NCBI GenBank assembly: GCA_963754315.1 | Contig: CAVWFS010000018.1 | Span: 576,001-640,000 of the forward strand | Origin: an uncultured Candidatus Rokubacteria bacterium | Lineage (GTDB): Bacteria; Methylomirabilota; Methylomirabilia; Rokubacteriales; CSP1-6 | DNA length: 64,000 bases | Direction of reading: 5' to 3' | In this document: piece by piece, positions 27,888 through 37,699 of the stretch | How positions within the stretch are numbered: position 1 is the stretch's first letter | Layout of the letters: every line of letters begins with the position of its first letter | The notes under the pieces: generated by a model | The model's database searches: none | What the model was told of the DNA's origin: nothing | Seen by the model: the letters and a program-made list of their open reading frames with translations, nothing else | Program-made: the position numbers and the translations under genes

Positions 27888-29108
27888 CTATGTGGTGTCA
27901 GCGAAGACCGTCTGGGCGGCTGCCACCCCGGCTCCGAGCTGGCCCTTCGCTCCGAGGTCACGCAAGGCCAGCTCCAGCGCGGACAGGGTGGGCAACACGT
28001 AGAGGGGACTGGCGGTGACCCCCATGGTTCCGATACGCAGGGTGATGGTCCTGATCTCGGCGAGACCGGTCCCGATAAGGATGCCGTAATGGTCGCGCAT
28101 GCGGCTGACCACCTCGGCCGGCTCGATCCCTTTGGGTGTCCTCACGCACGACACGGTGTTGGACAGGATGGCTGCGTCCGGGAACATCTCGAGCCCCATG
28201 GCCGTGAGCCCCGCGCGAAGGGCGGTGGCGGCCACCTGGTGCCGACGGACGCGGTGGGGCATTCCCTCATTGAGGATGAGACGGACGGCTTCGCGCATGG
28301 CGGCTGTGAGATGGGTCGGGATCGAGACGGGTTGGCGACGCGACGCCCCATCGGGCACCTTGCCGCCTCGCGATTCGGGGATCCACCACTCGCGCCACAA
28401 GAGTAGATCGTAGGCTCGGGTGGCCGGCTTGCTCTTGCGGGACTCCATGGCCTCCCATGCACGGGCGCTCACGGAAGCGAGAGCAAGGCCGAGAGGGGCG
28501 GCCAGGCACTTCTGCGAACCGGTCAGGTTGAGGTCAACCCCCCATTCATCGGTGCGGACGTCGAGACCGGCGATGGACGATACCGTATCGAGCATGAAGA
28601 GGGCTCCCACCCGGCGAGCGAGAGCTCCGACGTCAGCCGCCGGATAGGTGGTGCCGGTTGACGTCTCGTTGTGCACGAGGGTAATTGCCTTCGGCCGCAC
28701 GCGCTCGGCCTCACGGGTGAGCCGGTCGAGATCGAGACGAGCCCCGAGCTCTACCGTGAACTCGGTGACGGCCGCCCCCAGCCGGGTCATGATCTCGCGC
28801 ATGAGGAGGCCGAACTGCCCAGCCACCACCACGAGGACCGGATCACCGGACTCGATGACCGACGCTGCTCCCGCCTCCAGGGCCGTGCGGCCAGAACCCG
28901 GCAAAAGGATGACCTCGCTCCGGGTCTGGAACACGTCGCGCAGGGCCAAGGTCGTCGGCTCCAGGATCCCCTCGTCGAAACTCTGATCGTACTGGATGAT
29001 GGGCGGCTGGTTCATCGCCTGGATGACCGAATGGGGAATCTCGGTGGGGCCTGGAATCATGAGGACTGGGCGGCCGTGGGGCACGGCCCAGTTGAGTGGT
29101 GGTGACAC
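27888..29108 (-). CDS. Class V PLP aminotransferase (alanine/serine-glyoxylate type)
   Basis: LMIPGPT, VHNETSTG, DTVSS, TGSQKCL, LRIGTMG. Confidence 0.9.
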   Translation of the reverse strand: MSPPLNWAVPHGRPVLMIPGPTEIPHSVIQAMNQPPIIQYDQSFDEGILEPTTLALRDVFQTRSEVILLPGSGRTALEAGAASVIESGDPVLVVVAGQFGLLMREIMTRLGAAVTEFTVELGARLDLDRLTREAERVRPKAITLVHNETSTGTTYPAADVGALARRVGALFMLDTVSSIAGLDVRTDEWGVDLNLTGSQKCLAAPLGLALASVSARAWEAMESRKSKPATRAYDLLLWREWWIPESRGGKVPDGASRRQPVSIPTHLTAAMREAVRLILNEGMPHRVRRHQVAATALRAGLTAMGLEMFPDAAILSNTVSCVRTPKGIEPAEVVSRMRDHYGILIGTGLAEIRTITLRIGTMGVTASPLYVLPTLSALELALRDLGAKGQLGAGVAAAQTVFADTT

Positions 29109-29227
29109 GATCGTCCCTTCCTTTCCGCTGTCCGGCCGTCCCCTGTCGGGGCGCCGCGTGGCATCAGCGTAGCTCAGTTCACCAGTGAGCGGAAGGGCCT
29201 CGGCCGTGACAGCCGGCATCAGGTACG

Positions 29228-29584
29228 TCAGGCCTTCTCGGTGAACATGGCGCGCAGCACCGAGTATGCCCGGCGGATGTCGGCGGGCCGCCGCCGCCCC
29301 GCGATGAGCGCGAAGACCTTCTGGGCCTCGTGACTGGGAACCGCCTTCTGTCGTTCCGCGTGAACGTCGGTCAGCTCTCGGAGCGGAATGTCGAGAGCCA
29401 CCGAGACATGGTAGAGGCTGTCCACGGAGATGGACTTCTCGCCACGCTCGACCTCGCCGATGAACTTTCCGCTGAGCCGCGAACGCTGCCCGAGCCGCTC
29501 CTGGCTCAGCCCCCGCTCCTTGCGCAGCGCCCGCAAGCGCTCACCGAGGAACTTCCTGACGTGCTTGACTGCTCGTTCCGTCAC
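29228..29584 (-). CDS. XRE-family HTH transcriptional regulator
   Basis: LGERLRALRKERGLSQERL...IGEVERGEKSIS. Confidence 0.9.
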   Translation of the reverse strand: MTERAVKHVRKFLGERLRALRKERGLSQERLGQRSRLSGKFIGEVERGEKSISVDSLYHVSVALDIPLRELTDVHAERQKAVPSHEAQKVFALIAGRRRPADIRRAYSVLRAMFTEKA

Positions 29585-29738
29585 AACCTATCTCCCATGC
29601 GTACGGGCCCGCGGGCATCGGAGCGCGCGCGGTGGTGCCCGCCGCGAAACAGGGTTACGCGAGCGGCTCGGTTCCGCCGCCCGGGATGGTTGGCAGTACT
29701 ACGGTATCCTCCGGGCTCGTGACCGTGTGGCGGCGCCA

Positions 29739-30047
29739 TCACGGCAGATCTACCTCCACTGCATCGTCAGTCACCCGCACTGCGAACACCGCGATATTCA
29801 GCTGAGGGTCGACCCGGCAGTGTCCCGTTTCGAGATCGAAATCGAAGCCATGCCAGGGACACACGACGGCATCGCCCTCCAGCCACCCCTCGGCGAGGGG
29901 GCCGTCCTCGTGTGGACAGACGCCCCCACAGGCATAGAAGCGACCGTTCCCCCCGTTGAACACGGCGAGGCTGAGACCCTCAGCCTCCACGGAGAGCCCT
30001 TGACCCGCGGGAATGTCACTGGGCGACGCGACCCGTCGAAAGGGCAT
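29739..30047 (-). CDS. Rieske [2Fe-2S] ferredoxin
   Basis: CPHEDGPL and CPWHGFDF. Confidence 0.92.
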   Translation of the reverse strand: MPFRRVASPSDIPAGQGLSVEAEGLSLAVFNGGNGRFYACGGVCPHEDGPLAEGWLEGDAVVCPWHGFDFDLETGHCRVDPQLNIAVFAVRVTDDAVEVDLP

Positions 30048-30664
30048 CAGCGTTTCCTGGCCAGGGCTTCGTCAATGACACGCCGGAACGCCTCCACTGA
30101 CTGGGCTCCAACCAGCATCTGCCCGTTGACGATGAACGTCGGCGTACCGCGAACACCGAGCGCCCGTCCTTGCGAGACATCGGCTTCCACGGTGGCGGCG
30201 AACGTGCGAGCTTCCAGGCACTGCGCGAACTGCCGCCTGTCGAGGCCTACCTCGTCCGCGTAACGCATGAGGTCCTCGCGCTCGAAGCGCGGTTGCGCCT
30301 CGAAGAGGCGATCGCGATAGGGCCAGAACCGCCCGCCCTGGGCGGCACAGCGGGCTGCCTCGTGCGCGGGACGAGCCAGGCTATGTGAGGCGAGAGGAAA
30401 ATCTTTCACGACCAGACGTACCTGTCCATCATACTCTTGCACCACTTGGGCCAGCGACCGCTGGACCCGTCGGCAATGAGGTCACTGGAAGTCGGAAAAC
30501 TCCACGATCGTCACCGGCGCCCCCGCCGACCCCTTGGTCATGGCAGGGTCCACGGTCAGGTTCACCTGGCCGTCGGCGCGGGCACCCACCGCCAGGAGAA
30601 GGACGATGAGGAGACTATAGTAGACTCGCGAGCGACGCTGGAGTGCTGCCGGTCCACGATTCAC
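30047..30664 (-). CDS. DsbA/thioredoxin-fold oxidoreductase, putative selenoprotein (UxxC; TGA at 30482-30484)
   Basis: GSAGAPVTIVEFSDFQ-TGA-PHCRRVQ reads in frame into KDFPL...GVRGTPTF. A SECIS-like hairpin follows the TGA. Start uncertain. Confidence 0.88.
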
Positions 30665-30725
30665 TGACGACAGAATACGCCGCGCCCGAGCCGCGCGCAA
30701 CGGTCGTAGGGGGAGTTGAGCGGGC

Positions 30726-31097
30726 ATGGGTTTCCTCATTCGCGTCCTCATTAACGCCGCCGCCATCTACGTGGCAACCACCCTGGTGTCGGGTTTCCGC
30801 GTTTCCACCACCGCCACGTTGCTGCTCGCGGCGCTGGTCCTCGCCGTCATCAATGCGGCCGTGCGCCCGATCATGGTGGTTCTCACCCTGCCCCTCACCG
30901 TGCTCAGCTTGGGTCTCTTCCTTCTCGTCCTCAACGCGATCTGCCTGTGGCTGGTGACAGTGCTGGTGCCGGGTGTCGAGGTACGGTCCTTCGGCGCCGC
31001 CTTCTTGAGCGCGCTGATCATCTCGATCGTGAGCTGGGTGCTGTCCATGGTCGTGGGAGGCCTCGACCGGAGCGCCAAAACCTCCCGCCGCGCGTAG
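30726..31097 (+). CDS. 4-TM YvlD/DUF360 (phage holin-like) membrane protein
   Basis: INAAVRPIMVVLTLPLTVLSLGLFLLVLNA. Confidence 0.85.
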   Translation: MGFLIRVLINAAAIYVATTLVSGFRVSTTATLLLAALVLAVINAAVRPIMVVLTLPLTVLSLGLFLLVLNAICLWLVTVLVPGVEVRSFGAAFLSALIISIVSWVLSMVVGGLDRSAKTSRRA

Positions 31098-31212
31098 CGC
31101 TCGAGGAATGCGGCGCGCTTCTCGTCGTGCCCTAGGGTGATGATGCGATGGTCGGCGCCGTCCGCCAGTCATCGTATGCCTCGGCTCGTCCGCCGTGTAT
31201 AGTGAGAGCGCT

Positions 31213-31893
31213 ATGGCTCGGCTCGTGTACGAACTCTGGAGGACCCGACGCATGAAGCAGGCCGACCCCACCCAGGCGGAGCGCATTCCCCCAGGCCAGG
31301 TGCTGACCACGAAGTGGCCCGTGCTGACCTATGGCCGCGCGCCACGTTTCGACGCCGCGCGCTGGACGTTTCGGTGTTTCGGTCTGGTGGAGAAGGAAGT
31401 TCAGTGGACGTGGACGGAGTTTCTCGCACTTCCTCGCGTGCGCCTGACCTCCGATATTCACTGCGTGACCCGATGGTCCAGGCTCGACAACGAGTGGGAG
31501 GGCGTCCATGTCCGCGAGATCATGAAGCACGTCACGCCCTTGCCGGAGGCCACATGGGTGCTCCAGCACGCGGATCCCGACTACACCACCAACATCTCGT
31601 TGGCCGACCTCGTCGACGACGACGTCATCCTTGCCCTCAAGCATAACGGACGCGATCTCGCGCCTGAGCACGGCGGCCCGATGCGTCTGGTCGTCCCGAA
31701 GCTCTATTTCTGGAAGAGTGCCAAGTGGTTGCGCGGCTTCGAGTTCCTGGATGTCAATGCCCCCGGGTTTTGGGAGCAGAACGGGTACCACATGCACGGT
31801 GATCCGTGGAAGGACGAGCGGTACTCCGACCAGGAAACGCGCGCCATGCAGCAGATGCGAGCCGAGGCCGCGCGCAAGCTCCGCGAGAGGTAA
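31213..31893 (+). CDS. Sulfite-oxidase-like molybdopterin oxidoreductase
   Basis: RIPPGQ, DIHCVTRWS, EHGGPMRLVVP, WKSAKW, GFWEQNGYH. Confidence 0.9.
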   Translation: MARLVYELWRTRRMKQADPTQAERIPPGQVLTTKWPVLTYGRAPRFDAARWTFRCFGLVEKEVQWTWTEFLALPRVRLTSDIHCVTRWSRLDNEWEGVHVREIMKHVTPLPEATWVLQHADPDYTTNISLADLVDDDVILALKHNGRDLAPEHGGPMRLVVPKLYFWKSAKWLRGFEFLDVNAPGFWEQNGYHMHGDPWKDERYSDQETRAMQQMRAEAARKLRER

Positions 31894-31943
31894 CGAGACC
31901 GGGATCTCCCGGTCAGACCCGTCCACGTTCGATCATCACCGCC

Positions 31944-32849
31944 ATGGGCCACGATCACCATGCGGACGGTCGGCACCCGCGGCGCGCTCTGTTGGGCGCG
32001 CTGGTGGTCAGCAGCGTGTTCCTGGTGGTCGAAGCCCTGGGAGCGTGGTGGACGAGCAGCCTCGCCCTCGCCGCGGATGCTGGCCACATGTTCGCCGACG
32101 TGGGCGGGCTGGCCCTCGCGCTCTTCGCGTCGTGGATCGCCACCCGTCCCCCTACGCCCGCCAAGACCTACGGCTACCAGCGGGCGGAGATCCTGGCCGC
32201 CCTCCTGAACTCTCTGGTCCTCTTGGTCCTGGCCGCCGTCATCCTCTATGAAGCCGTCCAGAGGTTGCGTGATCCCCATCCGGTGCCCGGCGGACCCCTG
32301 CTGGTGATCGGGAGCCTGGGCCTGGCCGCCAACACGGCGAGCGCGTGGATGCTCCGCCGCCAGGCGCGAGGCAACCTCAACGTGCGGGCAGCGTACCTGG
32401 AGGTCTTGGGAGACGCGCTCGGATCCGTCGGCGTGCTGGTGGCGGCCGTGGTCATCATGCTCACTGGATGGAGTCCCATCGATTCCCTGGTCAGCGTCGC
32501 TATCGGTCTGTTCATCGTCGTTCGAACGTGGCGACTGCTGTCCCAGGTCGTGAACGTGCTCCTGGAGGGAACGCCGCCCCATCTCGACGTCGTGGAGATC
32601 GAGGCCGCCATGCGGAGCGTGGTCGGAGTGCGGCGGGTGCACGAGCTTCACGTGTGGACGCTTACCTCCGGGCGTGACGCCATGAGCGCCCACGTGGTGG
32701 TGGACGACCTGAGCGAGAGCGACCGGCTCCTCGACGAGCTGCATCGCGTGTTACACGCGCGCTTCGGCGTCGACCACACGACCCTCCAGCTCGAGCGCGA
32801 TCCCCATGGCGCCTTGCAGATCAAGCGCCCGGTCGCGGGGGGCAGGTAA
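31944..32849 (+). CDS. Cation diffusion facilitator (CzcD/ZitB-like)
   Basis: His-rich N-terminus, SLALAADAGHM, TYGYQRAE, GDALGS, HELHVW, HTTLQLE. Confidence 0.92.
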   Translation: MGHDHHADGRHPRRALLGALVVSSVFLVVEALGAWWTSSLALAADAGHMFADVGGLALALFASWIATRPPTPAKTYGYQRAEILAALLNSLVLLVLAAVILYEAVQRLRDPHPVPGGPLLVIGSLGLAANTASAWMLRRQARGNLNVRAAYLEVLGDALGSVGVLVAAVVIMLTGWSPIDSLVSVAIGLFIVVRTWRLLSQVVNVLLEGTPPHLDVVEIEAAMRSVVGVRRVHELHVWTLTSGRDAMSAHVVVDDLSESDRLLDELHRVLHARFGVDHTTLQLERDPHGALQIKRPVAGGR

Positions 32850-32952
32850 GGGTCGCCCCGACCGGGTCCGCGTTGCTGTGAGGGCGCCGACCGCCGTAGA
32901 CTACCGCAGACTCGCGTGGCGAAAGCGTGACTGTGGGTGAGGGGGACAAAAG

Positions 32953-34500
32953 ATGGCAACGTTCGCACTGACCGAGAAGGCCATCGTGCTCAGGCCCGAG
33001 GACGACGTGGCGGTGGCGAAGGCCGAGATCTGTCGGGGGGACGTGCTCGAAGACGAAATTGGCCACATTACCGTCCGCCAGGATATCCGACCCGGACACA
33101 AGATCGCCCGGCGCTCACGTCGGGAGGGGGAACCGACGCGCCGCTACGGGCAGGTCATTGGCTTCGCCACCCAAGACATCGCTGTGGGAGACCATGTCCA
33201 TACCCACAACCTCGGGGTCGGCGAACTCTCCCCCGATCGATACGAGATCGGCGTCGACGTGAAACCCGTCGAGCGGTACCCGGCTCATCACATGCGCTTC
33301 TTCGACGGCTTCCAGCGCGATGACGGACGGATAGGCACCCGCAACTATGTGGCCATCATCTCGGGCGTGAACTGCTCGGCCAGCGTCAGCCAGTTCGTCA
33401 AGGACCGCTTCCGCGACGTAACGAGGGACTATCCGAACATCGACGGGGTCATCGCCGTTACCCACAAGTCGGGTTGCGGCACCAAGCTCTTCGGTGAGGA
33501 CCACCTGGCGTTGCAGCGCGTGCTGGCCGGCTATGCCAAGCATCCCAACGTGGCCGCCTACATCCTCGTCGGTCTCGGCTGCGAGGTGAATCAAGCTGCG
33601 GTCATGGTGGAGCGCCAGCGCATGGCGGTGCCAGGCCACCCCGAGCGCAGGCCGTTCCTCGTCAACATCCAAGAGGCGGGCGGGATCCGCAAGACGGTGG
33701 AGCGCGCGACGGCCGAGGTGGCCAAGCTCTTGCCGATCGCCAACGAGGCCAGGCGCACCAAGCAACCCATCTCCGAGCTGGTCCTGGCCACCAACTGCGG
33801 CGGCTCCGACGGCAACTCCGGTATCACGGCCAATCCCGCCCTGGGCTGGGCCGTCGACGAGCTGGTGCGCTATGGCGGCACCGGGGTCCTGGCCGAGACG
33901 CCGGAGATCTACGGCGCCGAGCACCTGCTCATCCGACGCGCTATCAACGAAGGCGTGGCCAAGAAGCTGATCGACCGTTACAAGTGGTGGGAGTGGTACT
34001 GCCGCGGCATCGAGGCCATGGACAACAATCCGGCCCCCGGCAACAAGGCCGGCGGCCTCACCACCGTGTTCGAGAAATCACTGGGGGGCGTGGCCAAGGG
34101 GGGCACGACTCCCATGATGGATGTCTTCCAGTACGGGGAGCCCATCACCACCCGTGGTTTCGTCTTCATGGACACGCCGGGACACGATCCGGTGTCGATC
34201 ACTGGCCTCGTGGCTGGCGGTTGCAACGTCGTCTGTTTCACCACCGGACGCGGCAGCGTGTTCGGCTGCAAGCCGGTCCCCTCGATCAAGCTGGCCACCA
34301 ACTCGATCATGTACCGCCATCTGGAAGAAGATATGGACATCAACTGCGGGGTCATCCTCGAGGGCACGCCGCTCGCCGCGGTGGGGCGACAGATCTTCGA
34401 GGAGATCATCGCCGTAGCGTCGGGCAAGCGCAGCAAGAGCGAGCTGAGCGGGGTAGGGGAGGAGGAGTTCGCGCCCTGGATCATCGGCCCGGTGATGTAG
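32953..34500 (+). CDS. UxaA/GarD-family dehydratase with SAF domain
   Basis: GHKIA...YGQVIG...HVHTHN, GTRNY, CGGSD, GNKAGGL, FTTGRG. Confidence 0.92.
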   Translation: MATFALTEKAIVLRPEDDVAVAKAEICRGDVLEDEIGHITVRQDIRPGHKIARRSRREGEPTRRYGQVIGFATQDIAVGDHVHTHNLGVGELSPDRYEIGVDVKPVERYPAHHMRFFDGFQRDDGRIGTRNYVAIISGVNCSASVSQFVKDRFRDVTRDYPNIDGVIAVTHKSGCGTKLFGEDHLALQRVLAGYAKHPNVAAYILVGLGCEVNQAAVMVERQRMAVPGHPERRPFLVNIQEAGGIRKTVERATAEVAKLLPIANEARRTKQPISELVLATNCGGSDGNSGITANPALGWAVDELVRYGGTGVLAETPEIYGAEHLLIRRAINEGVAKKLIDRYKWWEWYCRGIEAMDNNPAPGNKAGGLTTVFEKSLGGVAKGGTTPMMDVFQYGEPITTRGFVFMDTPGHDPVSITGLVAGGCNVVCFTTGRGSVFGCKPVPSIKLATNSIMYRHLEEDMDINCGVILEGTPLAAVGRQIFEEIIAVASGKRSKSELSGVGEEEFAPWIIGPVM

Positions 34501-34511
34501 CCGCACCGGGC

Positions 34512-34991
34512 GTGGCCAGGGTCAGCGCCGCGGCCCCTGAGCCTGGCCGTCGCTGGCTTGCCTACTACAAGTTCGGGAGCGGCGCCCTGCTCTTCCTGAT
34601 CGGTGTGGAGGCCATCCGCCTGCTGCACACCGACGTCCAGTTCATGGTCGAGCATTGGGCCGCGTGGCTTCACGCCGATCGCCTCCGCTACGTTCGGACC
34701 GCCCTGGGCGAGATCGGCCACGTGTCGAGCCGCGAGCTGTTGGGGATGAGCCTCGCCTCGTTCGCCTATTCAGGCCTGCAAATGCTGGAGGGCATCGGGC
34801 TCTACCTGGAACGTCGGTGGGCGGAGTATCTGGCCCTGCTGGGCACGGGCGGGTTTCTGCCCATCGAGCTGTACGAGCTCGCGCATGCCTTCTCGTGGAC
34901 CAAGCTCGGTGTCCTCGTCTTCAATGGCCTGATCGTCGCCTACCTCGTGCGCCTTCTCCTCAGGAGAGGGGTCAGGACTGGACCACGGTGA
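34512..34991 (+). CDS. DUF2127 membrane protein
   Basis: EGIGLYLERRWAEYL...FLPIELYEL. Confidence 0.8.
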   Translation: MARVSAAAPEPGRRWLAYYKFGSGALLFLIGVEAIRLLHTDVQFMVEHWAAWLHADRLRYVRTALGEIGHVSSRELLGMSLASFAYSGLQMLEGIGLYLERRWAEYLALLGTGGFLPIELYELAHAFSWTKLGVLVFNGLIVAYLVRLLLRRGVRTGPR

Positions 34992-35262
34992 CGATGAGGC
35001 CAATGGAGGCGAGGATGTTACCCACGCGGACACACTCCGCCTCCGGCGCGACCTTCACCACGGCCTTGCCCGTGTTGTGAACCTGCCAGGCAATCTCCCA
35101 GCCCTCGGCTTCAGTACAGGCGATGGCTTTCTGGAGCTGACGGACAACCTGCTCGAAGGTGTGGCATTCACAGTTGTGGAGGATGGTCATCCACGGGGGC
35201 GCCGCGGCGACTTCGGTGGTCTCATCGATCTCGGTCTCCGGCGAGACGCGTTCCGTGGCCAT
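34972..35262 (-). CDS. clpS: ClpS-family adaptor protein
   Basis: ILHNCECHTFEQVVRQL...AWQVHNTGKAVV. Confidence 0.8.
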   Translation of the reverse strand: MATERVSPETEIDETTEVAAAPPWMTILHNCECHTFEQVVRQLQKAIACTEAEGWEIAWQVHNTGKAVVKVAPEAECVRVGNILASIGLIVTVVQS

Positions 35263-35291
35263 CGCGTCCTGATCATACAATAGGGATATCG

Positions 35292-36905
35292 ATGTCCCTG
35301 GATGACCTGTTTCTCGCGCTCCAGCGCGGTCTCGATCGGCTCGTTCGTCGGCTGCGCCTTGGCCCGCCGCCTCCGCCCGGGCGATCACGGCTACTCATCG
35401 TCCAGATCGACGGCCTGTCGCGCTCGGTGCTGGAGCAGGGAATGGCCAATGGATACGCTCCTTTTCTGAGGAGCCTTCACACCCACCACGGCCATCGGAT
35501 GCGGCCGATGGCTGTGGGGATGCCCACCTCGACCCCTGCCTTCCAGATGGCGGCCATGTACGGGGTGCGGCCGGACATCCCGGGGTTTCACTATCACGAC
35601 AAGCGTCGACGCAGGGATGTCCACTTCCCACGTGTGGGCCATGCGGCCCGGGTGGAGTCGGAGCAGGCGGCGGGACGGCGCGGGATCCTCCACGACGGGA
35701 GCGCCTATGGGTGCATATTCACGGGAGGCGCCGCCAACAACTTCTACAACTTTGCGCGGCTCACGCGGCCGACCGGTGATGGCCTGGTGCGCGCTCTATC
35801 CGCGTTCATCGTTCTCGCCTACGTCTTCGTGAAGAGTTTCCTCCGTACGGTCCTGGAGCTGGTGCGTGTGCTACTCGGCGTGATCGCGAACCCGGTGGGA
35901 GGCACACGTCACGGCTGGCAATGGCTCGGTATCAAGATCGGCGTGTCGATCTGGGTGCGTGAGCTCTTCACCCTCTCCACGTCGCGCGACCTCTATGCCG
36001 GCGTACCCGCCGTGTACGTGAACTACCTGGACTACGATGTTGCCGCGCACGCCTTCGGACCACGCAGCCGCCGCGCGCTTCGCTCCCTCCGGCGGGTCGA
36101 CCGCTCGATTCACCAGCTCTGGCGCGTGCTCCGCCGGATTCCCGAACACCGATACGACCTCTACGTCCTTTCGGATCACGGCCAGGCGGAGTGCCGGGCC
36201 TATCGTGCCGTGACCGGAGGGGCAGCCATCGAGCATCAGCTTTTTGACGAATTTCTGGATCGCGACCACGCCGACGGACCCCGGGCGGAGGCAGCGGCGC
36301 CGCCCCGCCTCCGGGGTCGTCTGCGCGCCTATCGCCAGGGGGAGAAGGCTCTCTTCCAGCGCTTCGTGAACTACCTCGAGGAGGATATCCTCGGGGAGTC
36401 CAGCGCCTATGAACGGGACGGCATTCGGATCGTCTCGGCCGGGCCCAACGCGTTCCTCTACATGCTCGACACGCCTGAGCCGGTGACCATCGAAGTGCTC
36501 GAGCGGCGCTTCCCCGAGCTCGGCGAACAGATCTCACGCAGCCCGGGCATCGGGTTCGTGTTGGCCCGTTCGGAGAGCGGGCCCGTGTGCTTCTGGCGCG
36601 GCCAGCGCTTTCAGCTCGGGCCGAAGGAGCCGGGGCCGTTCCGGGGCCGCCCTGACACGGATGTTGTCGTGCGTGGCATCCTGGATCTCATGGCGATGCC
36701 GAGCGCCGGCGATCTCGTGCTGTACGGAATCGACGCGCCGGGGGGTCATGTGTCGTTCATCCCCGAGGTGGGTGCCCACGCCGGGCCCTCCCCCGAGGAA
36801 CTGCATACGTTCATCGTGGCTCCTCCGGCCGCCAGACTGCCGACCGCCATTGCGCATCCAATCGAACTCTATCCGCATTTTCTCGCCTATCAGGAGGAGG
36901 CGTGA
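35292..36905 (+). CDS. Alkaline phosphatase/type I phosphodiesterase-family protein
   Basis: IVQIDGLS, TSTPAFQ, YLDYDVAAH, LSDHGQ, GAHAG. Confidence 0.8.
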   Translation: MSLDDLFLALQRGLDRLVRRLRLGPPPPPGRSRLLIVQIDGLSRSVLEQGMANGYAPFLRSLHTHHGHRMRPMAVGMPTSTPAFQMAAMYGVRPDIPGFHYHDKRRRRDVHFPRVGHAARVESEQAAGRRGILHDGSAYGCIFTGGAANNFYNFARLTRPTGDGLVRALSAFIVLAYVFVKSFLRTVLELVRVLLGVIANPVGGTRHGWQWLGIKIGVSIWVRELFTLSTSRDLYAGVPAVYVNYLDYDVAAHAFGPRSRRALRSLRRVDRSIHQLWRVLRRIPEHRYDLYVLSDHGQAECRAYRAVTGGAAIEHQLFDEFLDRDHADGPRAEAAAPPRLRGRLRAYRQGEKALFQRFVNYLEEDILGESSAYERDGIRIVSAGPNAFLYMLDTPEPVTIEVLERRFPELGEQISRSPGIGFVLARSESGPVCFWRGQRFQLGPKEPGPFRGRPDTDVVVRGILDLMAMPSAGDLVLYGIDAPGGHVSFIPEVGAHAGPSPEELHTFIVAPPAARLPTAIAHPIELYPHFLAYQEEA

Positions 36906-36930
36906 AGCCGTTCCGTCTACCGGAGGACCT

Positions 36931-37691
36931 GTGAACCCCTGGTCATCGCGAGCTACAACATTCATCGGGGCATCGGGCTCGACCGACGGCGCAACCTCGA
37001 TCGCATCGCGGACGTCATCGAGGAAATGAGGCCCGACGTGGTGGGCTTGCAGGAGGTCATCCGGGCGCCCGGCTCTCCAGAGGCCGATCAAGCGGGCTAT
37101 TTGGCGAAGAGACTCGGCATGGATCTGGTTATGGGTGTCACCCGGGAGCTCGGGGGCGGCAGCTACGGCAATGTCGTGCTCACGCGGCTGCCCGTCCTCG
37201 GCTCCGCCACCCACGATCTGAGCCATGGCCGGCGTGAGCGACGGGGGGTCGTCCGCGTCGACCTCGCCGCGGAAAGCACGACGCTGCACGTCTTCAACTG
37301 TCACTTTGGGCTGGCTTTCCGCGAACGTCGCCGCCAGCTCTTCCTGCTGGGGGCTTTCATGGGGATATCGGCGGACCTGGTGGGACCCCGCGTGCTGGTG
37401 GGGGACTTCAACGAGTGGCATCTGGGCCCCATCACGCGCGGACTGCGGCGCGAGTTCACCTCGCCTATGCGGCGGCTGCGACGCACGCACCCGGCCCTCT
37501 TTCCGCTCTTTGCGTTGGACCGAATCTACTGGGATCTGGATCTGGAGGGTGACGAGTTGCGGGCTCATCGCAGCCGGCTGGCCAAGGTGGCGTCCGATCA
37601 CTTGCCCCTGGTAGCGCGTCTGCGGCTCCGCCGACGCCCAGCGGTACCTGCGCCCTACGTGGTCGGCGAGGCACTCCCGCCGGCCGAGTGA
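36931..37691 (+). CDS. Endonuclease/exonuclease/phosphatase family protein (apparent frameshift at ~36938)
   Basis: ASYNIH, LQEV, GDFNE, LDRIY, ASDHLP. RBS GGAGGA plus GTG at 36931 needs one more C in the C-run to be in frame. Confidence 0.82.
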
Positions 37692-37699
37692 CGATCCGG

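Noticed and set aside
30726..31097. Holin-like gene as prophage evidence
   Set aside because: This family is commonly chromosomal, and there are no phage genes or integrase nearby.
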